Below, piece after piece: positions 18,178 through 27,098 of a DNA stretch of 64,000 nt. How positions within the stretch are numbered: position 1 is the first letter of the stretch; every line of letters begins with the position of its first letter. Origin of the DNA: an uncultured Clostridia bacterium (GTDB lineage Bacteria; Bacillota; Clostridia; Christensenellales; UBA1242). The notes under the pieces are model-generated. The model saw only the letters and a list, made by a program, of their open reading frames with translations, was not told the DNA's origin and made no database searches. The translations under genes were made by a program, and so were the position numbers. The DNA is taken from NCBI GenBank assembly GCA_937895935.1, contig CALBKX010000004.1, positions 99 through 64,098 of the forward strand. The letters run 5' to 3'.

Positions 18178-19284
18178 ATGGAAGACGCAAAAAAGAAAAT
18201 TAAAAAACTTAAAAACCCAAATGATATAAGGACTATTTCTGATATTGATTTGAGATTAAAAAGTTTTAAAGAGCAAATTAAGGCTGACGATTTTAGTCCT
18301 ATTAAAACTATATTTAAGGATTTATCTCAGCATAGTCAAGTTATGCTTTTGGTTTTGAATGATTTACATATAGGTTCGCCGGGGTGTAATATTGATAAAA
18401 TTATTAGATACTTAAAACAAGTTAGAAATTTGCCTAATTGTTACATAATTTTAAATGGTGATTTAATGAATAATGCAAACAATTTAGGTAAATCAAGTCC
18501 ACTTGAAAATGATTTATCTCCTATGAACGAGCAAAAAGTTATTCATACACTTTTTTCTGATCCAATTTTAAAAGAAAAAATTATATGTTCAACAAGTGGT
18601 AATCACGAAAGTGGTGCAAGGGCTAAGGATTCAGGACTTGATTCGCTAGTTACGCCAATGGCAACTTTAAACATTTTGGACATTTATGCTAGATATATGG
18701 CAAATGTTGTCATAAGATTAAAATGTCCATACACCACAAGTGGTTACACTGATTTTAAAATTTTAGTAAGGCACGGAAGTGGACTTAGTGGACAGGCGGG
18801 AAAAGTTATTGATGGTATGTTTGCGTTATGTCAAAAATTTGGTAATTTTGATATGGTGGTTCAAGGACATACACACAAAAATATTTATTCTTCGGAAGAT
18901 GTTGTTTATCAAAACGATAAATACTCTTGTTTAAAAAAGAGTGTAACACCAATAAATATTCCTGCCTTAGAGGAGGCTAGTCAATATGCAATGGAGTCTG
19001 CTTATCCACCTCCAAACACTGATAATAGTATAATTTGTGTGAGAGCTACTTTTAATTATGATATTTTAGATTCTTCACTTAACGATGGGTTTAAAGTGCT
19101 TCCTTATAAATTTAATATTGACACCATAAGTTTAGATAGGCCAGAATTGGTTAAATTTGGTGACAAAATTATTCCTCAAGCAAAATTTATCTCACAAGAA
19201 AAATTGGAAGAAATTGCAACAAGTATGGCTAAAAAAGTGACATCTAAAGCTCGAAAACCTAAAAATTTAGAAAGAGAGGTTTAA
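18178..19284 (+). CDS. calcineurin-like metallophosphoesterase (all five motifs intact)
   Basis: Motifs LNDLHIG (DxH), LNGDLMNN (GD), SGNHE (GNHE), VRHGSG (H) and QGHTHK (GHxH). Confidence 0.8.
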   Translation: MEDAKKKIKKLKNPNDIRTISDIDLRLKSFKEQIKADDFSPIKTIFKDLSQHSQVMLLVLNDLHIGSPGCNIDKIIRYLKQVRNLPNCYIILNGDLMNNANNLGKSSPLENDLSPMNEQKVIHTLFSDPILKEKIICSTSGNHESGARAKDSGLDSLVTPMATLNILDIYARYMANVVIRLKCPYTTSGYTDFKILVRHGSGLSGQAGKVIDGMFALCQKFGNFDMVVQGHTHKNIYSSEDVVYQNDKYSCLKKSVTPINIPALEEASQYAMESAYPPPNTDNSIICVRATFNYDILDSSLNDGFKVLPYKFNIDTISLDRPELVKFGDKIIPQAKFISQEKLEEIATSMAKKVTSKARKPKNLEREV

Positions 19285-19287
19285 TAT

Positions 19288-20484
19288 ATGTATAAACTTG
19301 AAGATTTAGAAAAAGACATACAAAATTATCAATCAAATGAGAATAATCTTCCTAGAGGTAAACACGCGCTTGTTAAATTGCATGAATCTGTAAAATTTTT
19401 GGATATATGTGTTTTATCTAACATTAACATAGGTTTAACAGGAGCAAGTTCAAAAACATCAAAAATTGATAAGCCTTTTAGAATAAAAAAATTTAAAGCA
19501 CATATAGCGGAACTTGTAAAGGACCCAAATGCAAGGATTATGCTTGGTGGCGATTTGTTATATTATCCAAATGGTGGTAAAAAGTTTAGAGAAATTTATT
19601 CTCCTAATTATGATGAACAAATAGAAATGCTTGCTGAAATTTTGGAACCTGTTAAAGATAAAATTATTGGTGCTTATGATGGCACAGATGAAATTAAAAT
19701 TTTTGAAAAAGATGGCGTTAACGCAACTTTAGCACTCCTTGAAAGACTTGGCCTTAAAGATAGATATTTTGGGCAAATGGCAGAGATTGATTTTGAATTT
19801 AAAAATGATTACACAAACGGCTGTCCAAAAGTTGTTCATATGTTATTTGACCACGGATTTTTAGTAGCGAATGTTATGAACACGGTTGCAAAGAAAACAG
19901 AAGGTTTACAATCAAAAATTTCAGGGAAAGATTTTTATTTTACAAGCCACTATAACAAACTATTCATAGAAAAAATTGCAACTTTAACTCAAGAAAATGG
20001 AACTCAAGTTGTAAAAACTCCTTGCTATTTTGTGTCAGTTGGCGGTTATAGAGATTTTCCAAATAGACTTACATCAAATAGAAATGTTTCTCCAAGCAGT
20101 ACTAATAATGGAGTAATTAGAGTTTTTGTGGCACCTAATCCAGATAGAAACAACATTAGAGGAAATAACTATCTAGGTGAACCACAATACAAAATTTGTC
20201 AAGAATTCATCAATTTTGGAACATTAATGTCAAATCATATTGATTATGACTTGTGCGAAGAAATTATGAGATTAAATGAACAAAACACCTTAAACAAAGA
20301 TTTACTTGTTGCCTTGTTAGAGCAAAAAATTGACCAAATAAGCAAACAAAATGTGGAACAAGTTTTGGATAAATTTTATGGTGAGCAGGAAGCAAAAACT
20401 TTAAAGGAAAGCAAAAAACAACGATTGAAACAAGTAGTTGAAAAAGTAATAATTGATGAAAGCAGAGATGGAGGTAGAGAATGA
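19288..20484 (+). CDS. metallophosphoesterase paralog with degenerate metal-binding motifs
   Basis: Aligns block by block with the upstream protein: VLSNINIG vs LNDLHIG, LGGDLLYY vs LNGDLMNN, DGTDE vs SGNHE, FDHGF vs VRHGS, TSHYNK vs QGHTHK. GAGAGG RBS. Starts 4 nt after the upstream stop. Confidence 0.7.
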   Translation: MYKLEDLEKDIQNYQSNENNLPRGKHALVKLHESVKFLDICVLSNINIGLTGASSKTSKIDKPFRIKKFKAHIAELVKDPNARIMLGGDLLYYPNGGKKFREIYSPNYDEQIEMLAEILEPVKDKIIGAYDGTDEIKIFEKDGVNATLALLERLGLKDRYFGQMAEIDFEFKNDYTNGCPKVVHMLFDHGFLVANVMNTVAKKTEGLQSKISGKDFYFTSHYNKLFIEKIATLTQENGTQVVKTPCYFVSVGGYRDFPNRLTSNRNVSPSSTNNGVIRVFVAPNPDRNNIRGNNYLGEPQYKICQEFINFGTLMSNHIDYDLCEEIMRLNEQNTLNKDLLVALLEQKIDQISKQNVEQVLDKFYGEQEAKTLKESKKQRLKQVVEKVIIDESRDGGRE

Positions 20485-20720
20485 TTAATGGTGTAAGAAC
20501 AAGTATAGATGGTGATCACTGCATCTATTGTGATGCAAAAGTTGTTGACGGAGTTTACAATTTTTGCCCAAAATGCGGAAATGCGTTAAATGTTAATGCA
20601 ATAAAATTGAAAGAACAACAAACTAAAAGAATTCAAATTGAACTTTTAGATGAACTTGCTTATTTAATTGAAGATGAAAAATCTTTAAAAATCATTTTAG
20701 ATAAAACAAAATCTATTTAA
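20481..20720 (+). CDS. small zinc-ribbon protein
   Basis: ATGA overlap with the upstream gene and a GGAGGT RBS. CIYC...CPKC ribbon followed by a predicted helix. Confidence 0.65.
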   Translation: MINGVRTSIDGDHCIYCDAKVVDGVYNFCPKCGNALNVNAIKLKEQQTKRIQIELLDELAYLIEDEKSLKIILDKTKSI

Positions 20721-20728
20721 ATTTGTTT

Positions 20729-20763
20729 AAAACGACATCGAACAAAATCGGTGTCGTTTTTTA
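20729..20763 (+). terminator. intrinsic terminator
   Basis: AAAACGACATCG / CGGTGTCGTTTT stem with a T-run. Confidence 0.7.
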
Positions 20764-21044
20764 AATAATCAGTTTAACTTAACTAAAAAATAAAAATCGA
20801 CATTTTATAGGTTTCATTTTATATAAAGTAAAAATTATCAACTTAAGGTTGGTGGATATGATTGTTTTATGCAAGAAAAACCTTAGTCTTTCTTTTTAAG
20901 TAAAAAATATCCATTTTAGTAAAATGAAGCAAAAGTTTTTTGTTTTAAAAAATTCCATTTTGATGAATGATTATATTTAAATTAAAAAAAAGTTAAAAAA
21001 TTATTAAAAATCTTTTGACATTATTTTATAATTTGCTAATATAT

Positions 21045-21093
21045 ATGTATATATGTTGTGATTTAAAATTTATAAAAACACAACATATTGTAT
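21045..21093 (+). promoter_or_regulatory. inverted repeat resembling NrdR boxes upstream of nrdD
   Basis: ATATGTTGTG (21051..21060) and CACAACATAT (21079..21088) are exact reverse complements. Each resembles half of the NrdR consensus acaCwAtATaTwgtgt. They lie between a TTGACA at 21015 and the nrdD start. Confidence 0.35.
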
Positions 21094-21133
21094 CTTTATT
21101 CTTTTTTTTGAATAAGGCAACAAGGGGGATAAA

Positions 21134-23308
21134 ATGTTAAAAGTTATTAAAAAGGACGGAACACAAGAGGATTTTAATGTTGAAAAAGTGGTTGTCGCTA
21201 TCAAAAAGAGTGCAGCAAGAGCTCTTGTTATTTTGTCTGAATATGAGATTGAAAAAATTAGGCAGTATGTTCGTGAAAGGGCAGAACAAATTGCTACTCC
21301 AGTAAATGACGGCGAATTAAAAATTATAGATATTCCAACAATGCACTTTATTGTGGAAAGTGCTTTGGATTCTATCAATGCGGACGTTGCAAAAAGTTAT
21401 AGGGATTATAGAAATTACAAGCAAGATTTTTATCGAATGATTGACAATGTATATAAAAAAGTTCAATCAATTGATTTTGTGGGTGACAGGAGTAATGCCA
21501 ACACTGACAGCACTTTAGTTTCGACAAAAAGGTGCTTAGGTTGGAACGAATTAAATGGGGAGTTTTACAAAAAATTCTTTTTAAATGGTGAAGAACGCCA
21601 AGCAATGAAAGATGGATACATTTACATTCACGACCGCAACGCAAGACTGGATACATACAATTGTTGTTTGTTTGATATTGCAACCGTTTTTAAAGGTGGT
21701 TTTGAACTTGGAAACATTAAGTATTCTGAACCAACAACGCTTGCCATTTGTTTTAATGTTTTGGGTGATGTTATCATGGCAGCAGCAAGTCAGCAGTATG
21801 GTGGTTTTACTGTTCCTGAAATTGACAAAATTTTAGAGCCATATGCAATTAAGAGTTATAATAAATATATCAATGAATATCGTGAAATTGCTTTGGGGTT
21901 GAATGAGGGAAATTTGGATGAGGATGCTTTTAATGAAAAAGCAGATAAATATGCCTCATTTAAAGTCCAACGTGATTTTGAACAAGGCTTTCAAGCATTA
22001 GAATATAAACTGAACACTGTAGGTTCATCCAGAGGTGATTATCCTTTTGTAACTTTTACTTTTGGACTAGGACAAAGCAAGTTTGAACAAATGGCAACTA
22101 GTGCAATGTTAAAAGTTAGAAAGGGTGGGCAAGGCGCTCCAGGATTTAAAAAAGCGGTTTTGTTTCCCAAATTAGTCTTTTTATATGATGAAAACATACA
22201 CGGCAAAGGCAAATGCTGTGAGAAATTATTTGATGAAGCCATAGAATGTTCTTCCAAGGCTCAATATCCAGATTATTTAAGTATGAGTGGTAATGGATAT
22301 ATAGCATCTATGTATAAAAAATACGGTAAGGTTATTTCTCCAATGGGTTGTAGGGCATTTTTGTCGCCTTACTATGAGCGTGGTGGGCAAAAACCTGCCG
22401 ATGAAAACGATGAGCCAGTTTTTGTAGGACGTTTTAATGGTGGTGCGATAAGTTTAAATTTACCTATGATTTATATGAAAGCAAAAACTGAAGGAAAAGA
22501 TTTTTTTGAGGTTTATAGGTTTTATCTTGAAATGATTAGGCATTTACATATTAAAACTAGAGATTATTTAGCAAAAATGAAAGCGTCAAAATCTCCGCTT
22601 GCGTTTATGGAGGGTGGTCTTTATAAAGGGCATTTAAAACCCGATGACACAATTAAGCCTTTGCTTGATTATGTGACGTTTAGTTTTGGATATACTGCTT
22701 TAAATGAACTTCAGAGGTTATATAATGGGAAATCTATTACCGAGGACGGCGAATTTGCTCTAAAAGTTATGCAATATTTAAATGAATATGTGGCAAAAAT
22801 TAAAGAGGAAGATAAAATTTTGTACGCTATTTATGGCACTCCTGCTGAAAGTTTGATTTCATTGCAAGTTCAACAATTTAGAGATAAATATGGCGTTATT
22901 GAAGGTGTATCCGACAAAGAATATTTCACAAACAGTTTTCACTGCCACGTTTCGGAAGATATTTCACCAATTGAAAAACAAGATTTAGAAGAGAGATTTT
23001 GGGAACTATCAAATGGTGGAAAGATAACTTACACAAGATATCCTATTGATTACAATATTGAGGCTTTTAAAACCATTGTTCGCAGGGGCATGCAAAAAGG
23101 TTTTTATCAAGGCATAAATATGGAAAAATGTTATTGTGAAGACTGTGGATATGAGCAATTGGAAATGACTAAATGCCCCAAATGTGGAAGTGAAAATATA
23201 ACACAAGTGGATAGGGTTTGTGGATATTTAGGATACTCTAAGGTAAATGGCAGAAGTTTTATGAATGAAGGAAAACTTGCTGAAATTAGAGATAGAAAAT
23301 CAATGTAA
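21134..23308 (+). CDS. nrdD: anaerobic ribonucleoside-triphosphate reductase
   Basis: N-terminal ATP-cone (VIKKDGTQEDFNVEKV) and C-terminal CxxC..CPKCG zinc site followed by RVCGYLG (glycyl radical site). Confidence 0.95.
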   Translation: MLKVIKKDGTQEDFNVEKVVVAIKKSAARALVILSEYEIEKIRQYVRERAEQIATPVNDGELKIIDIPTMHFIVESALDSINADVAKSYRDYRNYKQDFYRMIDNVYKKVQSIDFVGDRSNANTDSTLVSTKRCLGWNELNGEFYKKFFLNGEERQAMKDGYIYIHDRNARLDTYNCCLFDIATVFKGGFELGNIKYSEPTTLAICFNVLGDVIMAAASQQYGGFTVPEIDKILEPYAIKSYNKYINEYREIALGLNEGNLDEDAFNEKADKYASFKVQRDFEQGFQALEYKLNTVGSSRGDYPFVTFTFGLGQSKFEQMATSAMLKVRKGGQGAPGFKKAVLFPKLVFLYDENIHGKGKCCEKLFDEAIECSSKAQYPDYLSMSGNGYIASMYKKYGKVISPMGCRAFLSPYYERGGQKPADENDEPVFVGRFNGGAISLNLPMIYMKAKTEGKDFFEVYRFYLEMIRHLHIKTRDYLAKMKASKSPLAFMEGGLYKGHLKPDDTIKPLLDYVTFSFGYTALNELQRLYNGKSITEDGEFALKVMQYLNEYVAKIKEEDKILYAIYGTPAESLISLQVQQFRDKYGVIEGVSDKEYFTNSFHCHVSEDISPIEKQDLEERFWELSNGGKITYTRYPIDYNIEAFKTIVRRGMQKGFYQGINMEKCYCEDCGYEQLEMTKCPKCGSENITQVDRVCGYLGYSKVNGRSFMNEGKLAEIRDRKSM

Positions 23309-23325
23309 ATAAAAAGAGGATAAAA

Positions 23326-23817
23326 ATGAATTATCATTACATAACAAAAACCGATTTAAAAAATGGTGATGGATTAAGGGTCGTTTTGTGGGTTGCTGGT
23401 TGTAATCATATGTGCAAAAATTGCCATAACCCTGAAACATGGGATCATAATGGTGGTAAATTATTTGATGAAAATGCAAAACAGGAACTTTTAGATGAAT
23501 TAAAAAAAGACTATATTTCTGGAATAACATTTAGCGGTGGTGATCCGCTTTTCCCAGCAAACAGAGAAGTCGTTGGGCAATTAATTGAAGAAATTTCAAA
23601 AAAATTTCCAGATAAAACTATATGGTGTTACACTGGCTATCTATTTGAGCAAATCAAAGATTTACCTTTTTTAAAATACATTGATGTTTTAATTGATGGA
23701 CCTTTTATTGAATCGCAAAAGGAATTAAAATTAAAATGGAAAGGTAGTAAAAATCAACGTGTGATTATGGTGAAAGATTCTTTAAAACAAAACAAAATAA
23801 TTTTAAAAGATGAGTAA
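23326..23817 (+). CDS. nrdG: anaerobic RNR activating protein (radical SAM)
   Basis: GCNHMCKNCHNP cluster motif. Sits immediately downstream of nrdD. Confidence 0.9.
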   Translation: MNYHYITKTDLKNGDGLRVVLWVAGCNHMCKNCHNPETWDHNGGKLFDENAKQELLDELKKDYISGITFSGGDPLFPANREVVGQLIEEISKKFPDKTIWCYTGYLFEQIKDLPFLKYIDVLIDGPFIESQKELKLKWKGSKNQRVIMVKDSLKQNKIILKDE

Positions 23818-23850
23818 TAAGTTTTTGTGATTTTACTAAATAAAAATAAT

Positions 23851-23892
23851 AAATACAAGAATTAGATTTTTATAAAATCCTTGTATTTTTTT
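23851..23892 (+). terminator. intrinsic terminator
   Basis: AAATACAAG / CTTGTATTT stem with a T-run. Confidence 0.55.
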
Positions 23893-23965
23893 AAAAAATA
23901 CTTTTTTTGAATGTCGTTGCTCTTTTATTGCAAACTATGTTAAAATGATTTTAAAAGGAGCACAT

Positions 23966-24289
23966 ATGGATAAAGAGGAAAGATTAAAAATATACAAACA
24001 AGCAGAAACACTTTGGGGGCTTGTTGCTCAATATGATCAAGCAATTGAGGAGATGGGAGAACTTATTGTTGCAATAAATAAGTACAAACGCAAATGCTTG
24101 TATGGAGAGTATGCCCAAAATGCTAAGGTTGAAGCAAATTTAATTGAAGAAATAGCAGATGTTAAAATGTGCCTTGAACAACTAGAAGATTTTATGGGAA
24201 AAGAAAAAGTAGACGAAGTTTTTGATAAAAAAATAAATAAGTTACAAGAAGAAATTAAAGAAATGTCTAAAAGGTGTAAAAATAAATAA
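23966..24289 (+). CDS. MazG-like all-alpha NTP pyrophosphohydrolase
   Basis: AAGGAG RBS before ATG 23966. EEMGELIVAI...LIEEIADVKMCLEQL matches the MazG-type EExxE/D helix pattern. Confidence 0.55.
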   Translation: MDKEERLKIYKQAETLWGLVAQYDQAIEEMGELIVAINKYKRKCLYGEYAQNAKVEANLIEEIADVKMCLEQLEDFMGKEKVDEVFDKKINKLQEEIKEMSKRCKNK

Positions 24290-25437
24290 TGAAAAATGTT
24301 TGCATTTTAGGAGGTGGAGCAAGTGCACTTATGTGTGCTTGTTGTGCAAAAGATAATGTTAATGTAAAAATTATTGAGCAAAACTCAAAAGTTGGCAAAA
24401 AAATTTTAGCAACTGGAAATGGTCGTTGTAATTTAACTAACAAAATTGTAAACGATAAGTCTTATAACACAGATATAAAAAACTTTTTAAATAAATTTAA
24501 TCAATTTGATACATTAAATTTTTTTAATTCAATTGGACTTGAAACATATGCTGATAATGAAGGAAGGGTCTATCCTTTTTCAAATTCTGCCTCTTCTGTT
24601 TTGGAGGTTTTATTAAATTATTTAATAAATAAAAAAAATATAAATATTGATACAGATAAAAAATTTGTAGATATTGAAAAAATAGATAATAAATATAGAA
24701 TTCAGTTTGAAGATTCTTTCGAGGATTTTGATGAGGTAATAGTTGCATTAGGTAACAAAGCAAATTTAAATCTTTTTGAAAAATTTGGAGTTAAAAATAA
24801 TCCTTTTGTGCCAAGTTTGTGTGGGCTTAAAACGAGCAAAAATAAAAATTTGGCTGGCACAAGAGTATCTAATGTCAAAGTTTTTTGCAAAGCAGTTAAT
24901 TTTGAGGAAACAGGTGAAATACTTTTTAGAGAAGACGGCATTAGCGGGATAGTAATTTTTAATCTTTCAGCATTTTTGTCTAGAGCAAAAATTAATAGTG
25001 CTGAAATAATTATTGATTTAATGCCAAATATAAATTTTGAAATATTATTAAATAAATTAAAAAATAGAAAAGAATTATTAAAAAATTATAAAATAAATGA
25101 TTTTTTAACGGGATTTTTTAATAAAACTATTAATTTTGATTTAATTAATAAATTAAAATTTGATTTAGAAAAGGATGTGAGTAAATTATCAGATAAAGAT
25201 TTATTTAATTTAGCAAAATTAATAAAAAATTACAGTATTAAAACATTAGGCTTTTTAGATAATAATCAAGTGTTTAATGGGGGCGTTAAACTTTCTTCTT
25301 TAACAAACTGCTTGGAAGCGAAAAATCAAAAAGGTTTATATTTTATTGGTGAAATAGTAGATGTGGATGGTGTCTGTGGTGGATATAACTTACAATGGGC
25401 ATGGACAAGTGGAAAAATTGTGGGTGAAAACTTATGA
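24289..25437 (+). CDS. HI0933/YhiN (BaiN)-family FAD-dependent oxidoreductase
   Basis: VCILGGGASALMCA Rossmann motif, GKKILATGNGRCNLTN, and C-terminal DVDGVCGGYNLQWAWTSG. Confidence 0.8.
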   Translation: MKNVCILGGGASALMCACCAKDNVNVKIIEQNSKVGKKILATGNGRCNLTNKIVNDKSYNTDIKNFLNKFNQFDTLNFFNSIGLETYADNEGRVYPFSNSASSVLEVLLNYLINKKNINIDTDKKFVDIEKIDNKYRIQFEDSFEDFDEVIVALGNKANLNLFEKFGVKNNPFVPSLCGLKTSKNKNLAGTRVSNVKVFCKAVNFEETGEILFREDGISGIVIFNLSAFLSRAKINSAEIIIDLMPNINFEILLNKLKNRKELLKNYKINDFLTGFFNKTINFDLINKLKFDLEKDVSKLSDKDLFNLAKLIKNYSIKTLGFLDNNQVFNGGVKLSSLTNCLEAKNQKGLYFIGEIVDVDGVCGGYNLQWAWTSGKIVGENL

Positions 25438-27002
25438 AATTAATCAATGAATTGAAATTAAAACTTGACCATTCAAGGCAAGATTTATTAAATGCTTTAT
25501 CTAAAAAAATTCAAATTCCAATTAATAAAATCAAAAATTTTGAAATAGTTAAACAAGGAATTGATGCTCGAAAAAAGCCAAATGTTGTTTATGTGTACAA
25601 TTTGGCAGTTGATGTGGATGAAAAGTATTTATTTAAGTTAAAAAAGTATGATGATTATTTTCCAGACCATAAAGGCTTGGAATATAAAAAAGTTAAAAGC
25701 GACTTTAGACCAGTTGTTGTTGGTTTTGGTCCAAGTGGTATGTTTTGTGCGTTAGCTCTTTCCAAAGCGGGACTTTGTCCTATTGTTTTAGAACAAGGTA
25801 AAGATGTGGACTCTAGAAAAAAAGATGTGGAAGAGTTTTGGGAAAGCGGAGTTTTAAATGAACACTCAAATGTTCAGTTTGGTGAAGGTGGTGCAGGAAC
25901 ATTTAGTGATGGAAAATTAAATACAACATTAAACAATGATTATTGCAAAAAAGTTATAAATGAATTTATTTTAAATGGCGCTAATGAAGAAATTTTTTAT
26001 AAAAATAAGGCACACATTGGAACAGATTATTTAATAAAAATAGTAAAAAATATTCGTAAAGAAATTATAAATAATGGTGGAAAAATTATTTTTAATTCAA
26101 AAATGACGAATTTTGACATTAAAAATGCACAAATTACTAATGTGCAATATTTTGATTTATTATCAAACACATATCATAATTTAAAAACAAATTGTTTAAT
26201 ACTTGCTATAGGACATAGTGCCTATGACACATTTAAGTTAATAAACAACAAAGGTGTTAAATTGCACAAAAAACCTTTTGCAATTGGAGTAAGGATTGAA
26301 CAACCTCAAAAAATTATAAACTTTGCCCAATATGGAGTATGTAAAAATCTATATTTGCCTAGTGCAGATTACAAACTAGTTTGTCACCTTAAAAATGGAA
26401 GAAGTGTGTTTACTTTTTGTATGTGTCCAGGTGGGAAGGTGGTTGCATCATCTAGTGAAAAAAATACAATTGTAACAAATGGAATGAGCAATTTTGCTCG
26501 TGATGAAAAAAATGCAAATTCTGCAATTTTGGTTAATGTTACACCTGATGATTTCAAGGGAGATGTTTTGTCTGGCTTTGAATTGCAACGTAAATATGAA
26601 AGACTGGCTTTTGAAATTGCTGGAGGTAATTATAATGCTCCTTGTCAAACTGTTGGCGAGTTTTTAGGGAAAAATGTGAGTTTGCCTATTGAATGCTCTT
26701 ATAAACCAAACATAACCATGTGTGATATTTCAAAATGTTTGCCCGATTTTGTTACTGAATCTTTAAAAGAGGCTTTAGTTATTTTTGATAAAAAATTAAA
26801 GGGCTTTGCAAATGATAATAATCTTTTAATTGCACCGGAAACGAGGTCAAGTTGTCCAGTTCAATTTGATAGAAATGAAAACTATACTTGTACAATAAAT
26901 GGGCTTTTTGCCATAGGTGAAGGTGCTGGCTATGCTGGTGGAATTGTAAGTAGTGCAGTTGACGGTATAAAATGTGCAGAAAAAATTATTTTTAAAATTT
27001 AA
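25434..27002 (+). CDS. FAD-dependent protein (COG2509-like)
   Basis: ATGA overlap with the upstream gene. VVVGFGPSGMFCAL dinucleotide-binding motif, C-terminal GEGAGYAGGIVSSAVDG. Confidence 0.7.
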   Translation: MKLINELKLKLDHSRQDLLNALSKKIQIPINKIKNFEIVKQGIDARKKPNVVYVYNLAVDVDEKYLFKLKKYDDYFPDHKGLEYKKVKSDFRPVVVGFGPSGMFCALALSKAGLCPIVLEQGKDVDSRKKDVEEFWESGVLNEHSNVQFGEGGAGTFSDGKLNTTLNNDYCKKVINEFILNGANEEIFYKNKAHIGTDYLIKIVKNIRKEIINNGGKIIFNSKMTNFDIKNAQITNVQYFDLLSNTYHNLKTNCLILAIGHSAYDTFKLINNKGVKLHKKPFAIGVRIEQPQKIINFAQYGVCKNLYLPSADYKLVCHLKNGRSVFTFCMCPGGKVVASSSEKNTIVTNGMSNFARDEKNANSAILVNVTPDDFKGDVLSGFELQRKYERLAFEIAGGNYNAPCQTVGEFLGKNVSLPIECSYKPNITMCDISKCLPDFVTESLKEALVIFDKKLKGFANDNNLLIAPETRSSCPVQFDRNENYTCTINGLFAIGEGAGYAGGIVSSAVDGIKCAEKIIFKI

Positions 27003-27098
27003 AGCAATATTAAAAAGGTTGAAATAAATTAAAAAATATTATATATTAATTATGTTAAATAGCATAGGTTGTTATTCAATTTTTGCTTTGGAGAACAA

